A stretch of 62,913 nt of DNA, counting the filler, from Hyphochytrium catenoides (Eukaryota; Protista; Hyphochytriomycota): NCBI GenBank assembly GCA_900088475.1. It is 5 parts of 5 records of this genome, joined end to end, with 100 filler letters (N's around TTAATTAATTAA, not from the genome) between each part and the next. Parts side by side here need not be neighbours in the genome. Positions count along the whole stretch, not along the records: positions 1 to 23,218 come from FLMG01003895.1; 4 more parts are not named here. One strand, given 5' to 3'. The position numbers and the translations under genes are program-made. Below, piece after piece: positions 1 through 12,383 of this stretch. A model generated the notes under the pieces. That model saw nothing but the letters and a program-made list of their open reading frames with translations. It had not been told where the DNA came from and did no database searches. How positions within the stretch are numbered: position 1 is the first letter of the stretch; each line of letters opens with the position of its first letter.

Positions 1-240
1 GGACGAGCCAGAAGGCTAGATCTCAGCCGCTGCTTATTGTCTAGAAGAGCCACATCTCTCAGACTTGGCTGGCCTTGTTGGTCTCGCTTCCCTATGATGC
101 GAAGTGGTCCATAGATAGAAAGACGACAGTGACATACCCGAGGGCGAAGATAGTCCTCCTAGGCGATCGAGAGCTTTGCAAAGTGTACGCACGACCATAA
201 AGAAGTAGCAATTAAAGCTCACGTAGTTAGGACACTCCCT

Positions 241-1182
241 TCATTCGGCTTTATATCGTCGAGACTGGGTAGTAATGAACTCTAGCAAGGTCGCAATGTT
301 GTCCTCTCTGTTCGTCACGTCATGGCCCTCATCCTTCACTATCACATAATGGGCCAAGTCCTGCCCAAACATTTTCTGGACCTCGGCCAGGCCAGCGTAA
401 GGGACGATTGTGTCCTTGTCGCCCCAGACGACGAGTTTCGGGAAAGACTGGACGCTAACAGCTTCATAATAGGGCAGAAGACCTTGTAATGGAAAGTGGC
501 GAAGAGTGCTAAGCATTGCTCTCAGGTAACCAGGATGCTCCCGCGCTTGGTCTTCTAGAACAGCCGTCACCGCTGCTGCGCGAGGGTCCTCTGTACCTCG
601 AGGATAAGCAGAATGAACCTTACTAAGAAGCATTCTCAGCCCTAGAACCTTCATAAGCAACTCGCCCAGTCCAGGAACGTGCAGCACCTTTGCTGGCGGA
701 GGAAGAGGCATTTGCAACGCGCCCACAGGAGCGAAGAGTGCCAAGCTCTTGATGCGTTGAGGATAAGTGGCAGCGAATGTCGTCACAATGCCGCCTCCAA
801 GGGAAAGCCCACAGAGATGGAAGGGTTCGGCCCCAAGCTTTAGCGCGAACAGAAGTTGTGCCAGATGGCCAACGAAGAAGGACTCACTGTACGCATCGTC
901 AGGTGCGTCCGAGGTACCTCTGCCCGGCAGATCGTAAGTCAATACTCTGAGACCCTTCTCAGCTAGCGCTCTGGCGGCCTTGCCCCATGCTTTATGGGAC
1001 GGGGTGGAGATGCCGTGTACCAGCACCACTAGCTCACTGGACTCCTTGCCGGTGAGGCGATATCCTGTCTTGCCATAAGAGGTCTGTACGAACTGAATGG
1101 CGGGAAGAGCGACACCGTCAATGTCGTTGGGGTCCTTGAGCGGCTCTGGCCGAGCTATAGTTCCAGAAGGGAAAGTTAGCAT
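241..1182 (-). CDS. Alpha/beta-fold hydrolase (abhydrolase_1 type), intronless, 313 aa
   Basis: LVHG oxyanion motif, YDLPGRGTS, nucleophile elbow GLSLGG, acid WGDKD and His in EGHD; one uninterrupted ORF. Confidence 0.9.
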   Translation of the reverse strand: MLTFPSGTIARPEPLKDPNDIDGVALPAIQFVQTSYGKTGYRLTGKESSELVVLVHGISTPSHKAWGKAARALAEKGLRVLTYDLPGRGTSDAPDDAYSESFFVGHLAQLLFALKLGAEPFHLCGLSLGGGIVTTFAATYPQRIKSLALFAPVGALQMPLPPPAKVLHVPGLGELLMKVLGLRMLLSKVHSAYPRGTEDPRAAAVTAVLEDQAREHPGYLRAMLSTLRHFPLQGLLPYYEAVSVQSFPKLVVWGDKDTIVPYAGLAEVQKMFGQDLAHYVIVKDEGHDVTNREDNIATLLEFITTQSRRYKAE

Positions 1183-1604
1183 TCTTGGGGATACAGGAGA
1201 GAGAAAAAAGAGTCGCGTGGGCAGATCGTATGATGATCGACTGCAGCGAAGGAGACAGAATGAGGAGCTCTATAGACTCAGCAGACAGAGGAGGACGTTA
1301 TCTTTGAAGACTTGGGGGCCAATGTCCTGTCTCTCCGTGGTCTGTGTGAAGGCCTTTTGACGCTAAGTTCTGGAATCTCTACTGCTGCCTTGATTACCTC
1401 TCAGTTCCGATATTTTCCTCTCTTCACTCTCGGTCTTTCTCCCTCTTTCTCTTCTCCTGCACAGTCGCTTTCCCTGCTCTTGTTTATTGTTCTGCAATCT
1501 TGTCTTTATAGTAGGAAGAACTATTATTCTCCCCCTCCCTCTCTTCTCTCTCTCTGTTAGTCTCTCTCTGTCTGTTAGTCTCTCTCTCTCTCTGTCTCTC
1601 TCTC

Positions 1605-1635
<31 letters not shown>

Positions 1636-1725
1636 TTCTCTTCTCTCCCTCTCCCTCTGTCATCTCAATCTCTCTCTTTCTACTCGTACTCTCTTTCCCT
1701 CCTGTCTTCGCTGTGCCCACGTCAG

Positions 1726-2235
1726 AACATCTCACACGATTCGATCGAGGTCAGGAAATAGGCGTTATCGGCTAACATTCTGGCTCTCTGTGGTTTGTGT
1801 GAGAATCCCCTCAACCTACATAATAAGCCAGCCATTCTACATACACAGCAGGCAGGGGAAGCAAGCAGATGAAGACTCGTCCACCAGCAGACTTGTACGT
1901 ACCAGCTCTTGACATCAAACGTTTACCGTGCTGTCTCTCTCTCTCTCTTTCTCTCCTTCACTCTCTTCCTCTCTCTGTCCTTCTGTCCATGTGTCCCTCC
2001 CTCTCTCCCGTGCTCTCTTGCCAAGATCGAGATTGTCTCGTCGCTTTCTTACTCGGTCCGCTATGATGCCATGATGTTCAAACCCTCCCTCTCTATGGGT
2101 CTCTCAACCTCTCTCTCTCTCTCTCTCTGTTCTCTATATCCTTTTTATCTTTTGTCTCATCGTGCTCTCCAGGTGCCTACGGCTCCCAATGTCACGAGAG
2201 CCAGTAGGAAACTCCTGAGCTTGGACATTGTATAA
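1726..2235 (+). other. Putative small spliced transcript with micro-exons (1726-1749, 1856-1894, 2026-2055, 2173-2235); 5' end and product unknown
   Basis: Short non-repetitive blocks bounded by AG/GT between CT-rich introns; lengths 24, 39 and 30 nt keep the frame open to a TAA at 2233-2235. Confidence 0.3.
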
Positions 2236-2400
2236 GACATCATAGTTCAACACGAGTAAAAAACTTAAGAGATACTGCTACGGAGAACAAGGTATGAACC
2301 TCAAGCACATATGTAGATGAAGGCATAAAGGGAGGCCAACGCCAAAGAGCGCGTAGACTCTCACAAAGACAGAGAAGGTCCTATAGAGGAAGGCTTAGAT

Positions 2401-2757
2401 CTATAAGCCAAAAGCTTCAATGATGAGTCGCCCGAAGCCATCTTGCTGAGCAGCTGGTGCACTAATTGGAGGCGTCTCTCTCTTCCTCTCGCTCGGGGAA
2501 GACTCGTCATGGCTAACCGGGAATGCCAGCAGATACTGAGTGAGGAAGGAGGGGAAGGCCACCTGAAAGATGGAAGAACGAGGGGCGGAGAAAAGAGGGA
2601 GAAAGGATAAGAAGAGTGAGAAAAGGAGAGGGAGAAGCGGCAGGGGAGACTACGATCAGAGGAGACTGAACCAAGGTAGCATTTTTTGAAGGCGGATAAA
2701 AACGCCGACTCAGGAGAGAGCAGGAGAAGGAGAGATGTGACAGCAAGAGATGCACCA

Positions 2758-2816
<59 letters not shown>

Positions 2817-5800
2817 AGGAGAGAGAAAAGACAGGGAGAGAAAGAGAGAATAGCCAGCAGAAAAGGTGATCGAGAAGCCCCATCTTAACGAAGACTTTTA
2901 CCTTATCATTAGAGGGCTTCTCTGGCCCTTTGGGATCTGGCTCCAGATGATCTTTTTCCTGGTTGAGTGTCTCCTGCTGTGCGCTCCTTCCTGAAGACAG
3001 AAGCGTCGTCAGATGATTTTGAGCGAGTTGACGGTTGTAAATGAAGACAGAAGACACAGAGGAAAGAAGAGTAAGAGAGAGAGAGAGCAAGGAAGAAGTA
3101 GAGGGAGAGAGCGCTTTGCTGCTCAGGTCGGAGTAGGCAACCCCCGCCAGGAAACTCTCTTGCTGCTCAATTATTTATGGAGTTCGGTTGGCGGGTGATG
3201 AGAGCCCACCATGGAGAAGGAAAGATCGAGAGAGAAGCGAGACAGGTTACCGACAGAAGAAGCCACTTGTACCTTCTAGCACCGACGTATCAGGCTGTTC
3301 ACGCCTGCCCAACACCTCTTTCTCTCGAGCGTACACGATATTTTGCAGCTCTCGCACCTGGGCAGCTAATTGCTCGATCTCGGCTTGAAGGCTTCTAGCA
3401 AGCTCCTCTTTCTCTGATAGTTGGAGAGCAAGAGACCGTTGGTGCCCGGCTACCGTGACGAGGACATCAAAAGAAGCCATTCAAAAGAGAGAGGTAGGAA
3501 GAGGAGCAAGCGTGAATCTAGAGGTTCAACCATCTAAAGTTACCTCGCAGCTGGGCTGAGGCACAGTTCAGCTGTCCTTCTGTCTCCTGGAGAGCCAACC
3601 TTAACGCCTTAATCTCGCCAGTCGCAGTAGCCTCTTTCTCTGCCAAGAAAGCAACAAATTACTGGTGAGTTGAAGCTCTTTCCGGGATGGGAAGTGAAGT
3701 CGAAGAGAAGGACAAAGATACTGGAAGAACGGTAGGAAGAGATAAAGTGCCTGAGCAAGGAAGGGAAAACGGCAGTAAAGAAGTTGGGAGAGCCAGGAAT
3801 GAGTCTGTTGCATCAGAGTCTTGTTGGGATTGCCGTTAACAGAGGAATGGAAGGCAAAGAAACAAAGCTGAGAGAGGGTTCGGGATGATCATATTGTCTA
3901 TTTTACCTTGTAGCTCAACAACTGACTCTCTCGCTTCTTCTCTCTCTCGCTCGCTTGCTGCCAGTTTAGCTGTCGCCACAGCTAAGCGCTCTTTTGTCTC
4001 CTCCAGCACGAGTCTCAAACCTCTCAACGCACTCTCGGTCTCCTCTTTTTCTGTCCCAAGAGGAAAGCACTGAAAGGTGAGTGCTTCTCGTCGCATCTAA
4101 ACGTGAGAGAGAGTGACCAGCTCAAAGATAGAGTGTCATGGAGCGATGTAAAAAGACGTGTGTGTGTGCGCGCGAGAGAGGAAATGCAGGAAGCGCTGAA
4201 GCAGAGGGAGAGAGAGACAGGCGTATCACCTTCTAGAACACCTTCCAGCTGTTCCAATTTTCCTTGCACCTCTCTGCCTCGCTCATCCGCGATCTCCGTC
4301 ACCTGTCGCAGCTGGGCAGAGAGCTGGTCTCTCTTTGCTTGAAGAGTAGAAGCAAGCTCCTCTTTGTCTACATCAGCAGAGAAGAGGAGATCAATGTCAT
4401 TTTCTTATCCCAACCGTGGGACCAGGAGAGAGAGTGATGTCAGTAAGTCCTAGTGTATAAGGTACCTCGCAGCTGGCTTTGCAGCTCAAGAACTGTCTCT
4501 CTGGCGCCATCTCTCTCCAACTCCCGAGCAAAAACCCTGGCGGAGGCACAGTTTAGCCGTTCTTCGGTCTCCTGCAGAGCGGTTCTCAACGCTTTTATCT
4601 CGCTGTCCGTAGTAGCCTCTCTCTCTGTCACAGAAGAGGACAAAAGCAGTTATCGTCGGTGAGTGTGAAGGTTATTTGAACGAGTGAGGAGCCAAGACAC
4701 AGAGCTAGAGAATCGAAAGGGTGGCTGAGTGACGATCAACTGAACGGAAAACGGAAGGTAAACGCCCGGGCCAGGAAGAGGAAACTCTGAGTTGCCGAGT
4801 AGGTTAAGTCAGGTTCCTCTCGTGCAACAGCATTGATAAGGAAAGGAGTAACAGAGGCGATACGCGGAAAGAAAGAGAATAATGGGGAGAGAGCGAGCAA
4901 CAGCTACCACTTCTAGAGTTACTTACCTCGGATCTGCCGCTGGAGCTCCGTCACTGACTCTCTTGCTTGATCTCTCTCCCTCTCGTTTGCCTTCATTCTC
5001 TCACTGGCGACATCCAAGCGTCCCTGCGTCTCCTTAAGCACCACCTTCAAGCCTTCCAATTCTCTCTGTGCCTGGCTATGTTCTGTCCAACAATCAACCC
5101 AAAATTGATCAGAAACCGGCAAGAAGGAAGTGCTCAGATAGTAAACGAGTGATTGGCAGAAAAGGCCGCTGTGTAAGAGAGAAGAGAGAGAAAACAGATA
5201 TATCAAGTTACCTTTCAACGCACCTTTTAGCTGCTCGCCTTTGCTCTGCAGCTCTTTGCGATGCGCCTTCAACAGGTCTCTCAGCTTCCGCAAATGCGTA
5301 GCAAGTTTGTCTCTTTCGGCTTGAAGAGTTTTCGCAAGCTCGTCTTTGTCTGTATCGAGGAGAAGAGGCGCGCGAGTTTTTAGCTTCGTGATCGACCGAA
5401 GGAAGTCAGAGATAGCACGAGATATAAGAGCCAAGGAGATCTCGTAGCTCATTGCTTGTGCTACCTCGCAACTGGTGCTGAAGCTCAAGGAGTGTCTCTC
5501 TGGCGCCATCTCTCTCCAACTCCCGAGCAAGAACCCTGGCGGAGGCGCAGTTTAGCCGTTCTTCGGTCTCCTGCAGAGCGGTTCTCAATGCTTTTATCTC
5601 GCTGTCCGTAGTAGCCTCTCTCTCTGTCACAGAAGAGGATAAAACAGTTATCGTCGGTGAGTGTGAAGGTTATTTGAACGAGTGATGAGCCAAGACACAG
5701 AGCTGGAGAATCGAAAGGGTGGCTGACTGACGATCAAATGAACGGCAAAACGGAAGGTAAACGCCCGGGCCAGGAAGAGGAAACTCTGAGTTGCCGAGTA

Positions 5801-8363
5801 GGCTAAGTCAGGTTCCTCTCGTGCAACAGCATTGATAAGGAAAGGAGTAACAGAGGCGATACGCGGAAAGAAAGCGAATAATGGGGAGAGAGCGAGCAAC
5901 AGCTACCACTTCTAGAGTTACTTACCTCGGATCTGCCGCTGGAGCTCAGTCACTGACTCTTTTGCTTGATCTCTCTCCCTCTCGTTTGCCTTCATTCTCT
6001 CACTGGCGACATCCAAGCGTCCCTGCGTCTCCTTAAGCACCACCTTCAAGCCTTCCAACTCTCTCTGTGCCTGGTTATGTTCTGTCCGAAAATCAACCCA
6101 AAGTTGGTCAGAAACCGGCAAGAAGGAAGAGCTCAGATATTAAACGAGCGATTAGGAGCAAAGGCCGCTGTGTATGAGAAGAGAGAGAGAACAGATATAT
6201 CAAGTTACCTTTCAACGCACCTTTTAGCTGCTCGCTTTTGCTCTGCAGCTCTTTGCGATGCGCATTCAACAGGTCTCTCAGCTTCCGCAAATGCGTAGCA
6301 AGTTTGTCTCTTTCGGCTTGAAGAGTTATCGCAAGCTCGTCTTTGTCTGTATCGAGGAGAAGAGGCGCGCGAGTTTTTAGCTTCGTGATCGACCGAAGGA
6401 AGTCAGAGGTAGCACGAGATAAAAGAGCCAAGGAGATCTCGTAGCTCATTTCTCTGTGCTACCTCGCAGCTGGTGCTGAAGCTCAAGAAGTGTTTCTCTG
6501 GCGCCATCTCTCTCCAACTCCCAAGCAACAGCTCTGGCTGAGGCACCGTTTAGCTCTCTTTCAGCCTCCTGCAGAGCCAATCTTAACGCCTTTATCTCAG
6601 TGTCCTTGGTAGAGCTTTTTTCTGTGACGGATGATAGAGGGAATAGTCACCAGTAAGTGAGAAGCTGTTGCCACTGGAGGAGAGAACATCGAAGACAGAC
6701 ATGGCCAGAAAGCGAGGTGAGAGCAGAGCTGATCGAAACGAAACCTAGCAAAAGATAGTAGAGAGTAATACAGAGAGAGAGAGGTTTTGAAGTCAAGACC
6801 TTTCAGCTCGTGCTGAAGCTCAGCTATTAACTCTCTTGCGTCGTCTCTTGCTTGCTCGCTCGCTGTAGCTTTTGCGTTGGCGACATCCAGGCGCCGTTCT
6901 GTCTCCTCCACCACCAGCCTCAGGCCCTTCAACTCACTCTCCGTTTCCTCTTTTTCTATTCGACAAAAGCAGTGGCCCGAGAGCTGAGTGGTAATCGGAA
7001 GAGTAGCAGACCCAAGAGCACTGGGACAGATGGGGAGAAGATCTGACAAGAAGACGGAGAGACACAAAGTATCTGGTGGTACCTTCCAATGCACCTTCGA
7101 GCTGCTCCCATCTTCCCTGCAACTCTCTGCCTCGCTCGTCGGCGACGTTCTTCAGCTCTTGCAACTGAGCAGCTAGTTTCTCCCTCTCAGCTTCAAGAGC
7201 TTTCGTGAGCTCTTCTTTCTCTGCTTTGGACAATAGGAGACCATAAGTTCTCGACTAGAAGAGCATGCGGAAAAGAGAAGGCCAAGAACAACGCCTAAAG
7301 CGAGAGAGAAAGACACGGAAGATGAAGAAGGAGGATGGGTTGATCATCTATCTAATGATAATATACCTCGCAGCTGGTGCTGAAGCTCAAGCAATGTCTC
7401 TCTGGCGCCGTCTCTCTCTAATTCCCGAGCAAAGACTCTGGCTGAGGCACAATTTAGCTGTTCTTCTGCCTCGTGGAGAGCTGATCTCAACCCCTTTATC
7501 TCCGTGTCTGCAGTAGCCTCCCTCTCCTCTCTCTCTGTTCAAGAGAAATGCAGAAGAGAGTTGATGAGTGTAGGCGCTTACGCATTGAACGAGAAAAAGA
7601 CACGGGAGACACACAGCCGGGTACGGAGCGCAGAAGCCGGGAGAAAAGTGCTCGAATTGAAGAAGACAGCGAGTTGTTGGACAAAGTGAGTTTGCAGCGG
7701 AGTAAGCAAGCCGACTGCCATGTCTACTCTTCGGCCATCTCTAATTCAAACGCCCTTCGAAGAGCACTAGAAGCGGAGGCGAAAGAACGGAGACAGTGTA
7801 CCAGAAACGCATTGGAAGCCAGTACCTTGCAAGTGCTGCTGGAGCTCAGCAATTAGCTCCCTCGCTTTGTCTGTTTCTCGTTCGCTCACTGTAACCTTAG
7901 CCGTCGCCGCATCCAAGCGTCCTTGTGTGTCCTCCAAGATCAGTCTCAGGCCCTTCAACTCACTCTCTGTTTCCTCTTTTTCTGTTCAAGAGGGAAGCAA
8001 TGGCTCTGAACGGTGAGTGGCCATCTCCAGGAAGCTAAGAGCGGAACAGCAAGGCTAAGGATGGTGAGAGGAGGGGCAATAATACCTTCCAATGCAGCTT
8101 CGAGCTGCTCCCATCTTCCCTGCAACTCTTTCACTTGTGCATCCACAATGTCCTGCAACTCTTGCACCTGCGCGGCTAGGCTCCGTTTCTCGACTTCAAG
8201 ACCTTTAACAAGCTCCTCTTTCTCTGATTATTGACGAGAAGAGACCGTCAGTCTCAACTAAGGTGAGTCGGACAACTGCACAAGCCGCCCAAACAAGAGA
8301 GAGAGGGAGAGAGAAAGAGAAAGAGAGAGAGAGAGAAAGGCAGAGAAAGAGAGAGAGAGAGAG

Positions 8364-8394
<31 letters not shown>

Positions 8395-10192
8395 TACCTC
8401 GCAGCTGGTACTGAAGCTCAAGAAGTGTCTCTCTGGCGCCGTCTCTTTCTGACTCCCGAGCAGAGATCTTGACGGAGGCACAATCTAGTTGTCCTTTTGC
8501 CTTCTCCAGAGCCGACCTTAGCTCCTGTATCTCGCTGTCCACAGTGGCATCTCTCTCCTCTCTCACTGTCCGATGGAAATATAGCAAGTCCACTGGTGAG
8601 TGACAAACTACCTCCATCACATAGAGCAACGGCAAGACGAAGAAAGATGGTTGAAAAGTGAGAGCGCAGAAGGAGAGGGAGGAAGAGAGAGAAAGAGAGA
8701 ACGAACGAAGATTGAGCTCTTGTGGGCACCTCTCAACTGCTGCTGCAGCTCAGCAACTGACTGTGTCGCTTCGTTTCTCTCTCCTTCAAGTGTCATCATG
8801 CTGGCCATGGCCACCTCCAAATGCCCCTGAGTCTCCTTCAGCACCACCCTCAGGCCGTTCAAGTCACTCTCTGCATTTTCTTTCCCTGTGCAACCATTGG
8901 GGCAGCAGAGATTGGTGAGGGAGGATCAAAGCTAATCAATGAGTGAGGAGATTATGCAGCGACCGAAGGACAAGAAGGATAGAGAAAGAGGCGGATTACG
9001 GCTCAACAATGCTGCAGAAGAGACAGAATACTCGTTTGAGAAGCCTGAGCAATGCCTGAACGACCGACAAGGCACACAAGAAAGGACCAAGGTAAACCAA
9101 AGAGCGTGCGCCTGTCCTTGGCAGTCGGAGTCCTCTTTGAAGAGGAATAAGATTGAGCTCAAGCACTATGGACACATAAAAAATAGGCCGATGAAGGCAC
9201 CTGCAAGAGCCTCCTTTAAGGCTTGACCTTGCCTCTCTGACTCCTCGAGCTGCTCTTTGAGAGAGTTGCAGAGCTCCACGGAAGACTCTGTCTTCTGCCT
9301 GGTCTCCACCAACTCTCGCCCCAACTGCTTGAGTAGGTCCCGCAGATGCTCTCTCTCGTCCTCAGCAATCGTTCTTATCTTCCGCTCTTTCCTTAGATCT
9401 TTAGTGGGAGGAAGACCGGTAGACCAGTATGCGGAAGACCAATGGCATTAGGGACCTTGAAGAAAAGAAACTGTCTGAATGGACTGCTAAGTTTCTGGAA
9501 AAAAGACAGACAGTCTAGGAATGTCAACATACGGCCTTCAGAACCGAGGAGGAAGTCAGTCAAAGAGAGGAAGATCAGATCGCATCCCTGATGCGAAGCA
9601 AGAGAGTCGTCTGTGAGGAGCAAAGGAAGAGCCCTAAGGGTGATAAAGAGAGGAATGGTAAAGTGAATGGGCATGGTACCAGCTAAAAGGCGTCGAGCTC
9701 GTTCCTCGGCTGCCTTTGAGGCTTCTTTTTCAGCTTCTAGCTCGGTTTTGACCTTCTCCATCTGCATCGCAATCTCTTCTCTGTCCCGCACTAAGTCTGG
9801 CAGGAAGTGGAGCAATAGTGGAGGCTATTAGGCACGCAAAAGCCAAGAACAAGACAGGGCAGGAAGGCATACAAAAGAAAGAACTTCATTTGAGAGCATC
9901 TCTCTCACCTCCAAGAATCTGTTCCTTTTCCTCCTCACGCTTACTGGCCGCCTCGAGGGCAGCTCTGAGAGAAGAGGCGAGGTCATGCGCAGCATCTACT
10001 TCCTCTTGAGCCTTTTCCAGCTCTTTCTTCCGGGTCACTAGTTCTCCTTCCAGGTTGGCCCTCTCAACTGACCACGCTGCCCACTCTAAAACCATTGACA
10101 GGAAGGCAGAGAATGAGATAGGAAAGCTGACCGAAGCGACAAGGGCTACTGAATCCTAATCATGCCCTCTAAGAAGCGTTTGGCAATAAAGA

Positions 10193-10223
<31 letters not shown>

Positions 10224-12383
10224 ACATAGGGAGATGCTCAAAGGGGATTTACCTCCGGCAAAAGAGTTCTCCGCGCTGGGATCCTCGAGTAAAGTAGGCG
10301 TCAGGAGGGATGGGTCTGGGGGCGGAACATGGTTTCTATCTGACTGGGGACCAGCTTCAGGGGCAATGCCTCGGAGGGTCAACAGGGCGGCATAGACGTT
10401 GGAGGTCTCAGTCTGAGAAAGTTTCCCGTCGGTATCTGTTACTTGCTGACCGCTGACAACTGAGGATGATCAGAGAGAGAAAGACAGCAGAGAGAGAGAG
10501 ACAGAGAGATGCCACGGGTCATTAGTACTCTTCAAGAGTCTTTGGAAAAGGGGATGGTCTGACCATCGTCGTCATGCCGGCTCAAATAAGTCTCAATAAC
10601 TACTGCATAGCGCTCATGGCTCTTGAATGTCTCACTGTTCAAAGAGGAAGAGAGAGAGGCACCCGAGTGTAAACAATGCCATTTCGCCGTAAGTCTATGC
10701 TGAAGGATTGTCCAAGAGGCTTACATCGCTTTTCGAAGGAAGGATTGACTTTTGATCTCAAGCAGTTGACAGGACGCCTCCTCATACCGTTTTTGGGCCA
10801 GTAAAACCTGCAGAAGACAGCAGAGGCAGTGAGAGGGAGGTCATTGATTAGCAGTTAAGAGCAAGAGAAAGATTTCAAAAGTCGGGAGAGAAAGACACTC
10901 TCCATTCCCGGACTCTATAGATAGGAATACGCAGGCTTACGGGAGAGGGAGGCAGAGAAAAAGGAAGATGGAAAGAGAGGCGAGAGACCGAAAAGAAAGA
11001 GGTTGCATCTTCTGGCCACACCTTCATATACTCCGCCACCAGTTCATCCTTTAATTCTTGCATGAGGTTTCGATCTTCTGCTTCCAACTGCGTCACGTCA
11101 TGGCTCGCTTCCAACTGCGTCAGCACGCTCAAAGCGCATCTATCATCAGGGAGGTGAGACGAGGAAGGGGAAGGGGGTGAGATGAGTCTACATTGGAAGG
11201 TTCCTGGACCTATCGTGGGCTCTTTTTTCTCCCTCTTTTCTCCTCTGTCTCTTTCACCTCTTTTATGTCTTCCTTCAGAAGCACTTACTCTAGGTCTTTC
11301 GCGCTGGATGGCAGCTCCTTGAGATAGAAGGACAAAGCTGCCTTTCTTCCGAGGAGCTCCCCAGTCGTCAGCCATCCGCAACTGAGATTCTCTGACACAG
11401 CGAGGGCGTTGGTGTACAGGTCCTGGGAGGCGCAACAGCAAGGTCGCCGTTTAGAAGCGTGAAGAACAGATACTGATCTTACCCTCTTGTCTCCTTATGT
11501 TTATCCCTTCTTCTCTTCTTTTCTCCACTTCTCTCTTGTTCTCTCTCTTTTTCTTCCAGTCTCTCGCTCTCTCTTCCCGTCTCTCTCTTCTTCCTTATGT
11601 CTCTGGACTTCTCCTCTCTCTGGCTCGCTTGTTCGACACGCGTCCCCAATCTGTGGCGGCTGCGCCTATCGTTGCCGTTCCTTGCCTTTGCTGCGTAGTA
11701 GTTATCGCGGGCTATCTCCTCATCTGCCTTGGTCATTATCTCAAGAAGGTAGGAGAGATCTTCAGTATTTGACGAATTGACCTGTTGGTGGCCTTCTTGG
11801 CCTTCTGATCCTCCTCCAGCGTCAGCGCAAGCTAGCAGCATGAAAGCGGCAACAGCAGGGAGATTCAATCATTAGACCAATGGGATCATGGATTTGAGAG
11901 TGAAAGTGTTCTCCGTAAGTTCCCAGTGGAGGAGATGAGGTGGCGGAAGAGTTGCGTGATGACCAAAGGAGAGAAAGAAAAGAGAGAGAGAGTGAGGGAA
12001 GAGAGAGAAGAAGAAAGACCGGCTAAATTGAAGGGGAAGAGAGAGAGAAGACAAGGAAAAAGACGGAGACTAGACTCTAAGCGGCTAGGTAATGGCGATA
12101 GAGCATGCATACCTCCGAGTCTGGGCTCGGCTTTTATCTTCTCTTCTTGCGTTTTCAATATCACATCCTCGGCCATAATTGTCTCTCCTTCAAGCAGGAG
12201 TAGAGGAGCGGCGCTGCGCTGTCTTCTCCATTGCTCTCTATAGGCATGAACCGCAGGCCAAATGATAGCCCGAGTAAATACTTTCTTCAGCACTGCCCAC
12301 ATGCAGAAGCTCAGCAGAAGAACTGCTACGACGCTCAGTGAAGCTGAAGCCATAAGGCTACTGCCCCTTAAGTCAATCATCAT
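2401..12383 (-). CDS. Large (~30 exon) protein: N-terminal hydrophobic anchor, TPR-like helices, long heptad coiled coil made of repeated exon modules
   Basis: Hand-spliced in frame: 12113-12383 (TM SVVAVLLLSFCMWAVL), 11686-11831, 11289-11422, ~11022-11139, 10725-10807, 10564-10634, 10253-10459, 9909-10085, 9680-9796, 9201-9398, 18 module exons ~8885-3270, ~2901-2990, terminal exon ~2561-2401 ending IIEAFGL-TAG. Confidence 0.75.
3270..8885 (-). repeat. Tandem array of six ~0.9-1.0 kb three-exon modules (B-C-A) encoding coiled coil
   Basis: Recurring exon peptides 'EKEETESELKGLRLVLEETQGRL...ELQQQLRG', 'EREATTDSEIKALRTALQETEERLNCASAR...ELQHQLRG' and 'KEELAKTLQAERDKLA...EQLEGALEG'. Confidence 0.9.
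4463..6460. repeat. Recent near-identical direct duplication of one module (~4463-5461 and ~5462-6460), introns included
   Basis: Long shared intronic strings, e.g. 'aacgcccgggccaggaagaggaaactctgagttgccgagtagg' at ~4761 and ~5760; period ~1000 bp. Confidence 0.92.

Noticed and set aside
3270-8885. Regularly spaced repeats as a CRISPR array or transposon array
   Set aside because: Units are spliced coding exons with GT-AG borders; no short repeat-spacer structure and no cas or transposase gene
11479-11868. Secreted protein with signal peptide MNLPAVAAFMLLACADA
   Set aside because: The start is TTG inside an intron; the branch point and acceptor at 11832-11833 splice it to exon 12113-12383
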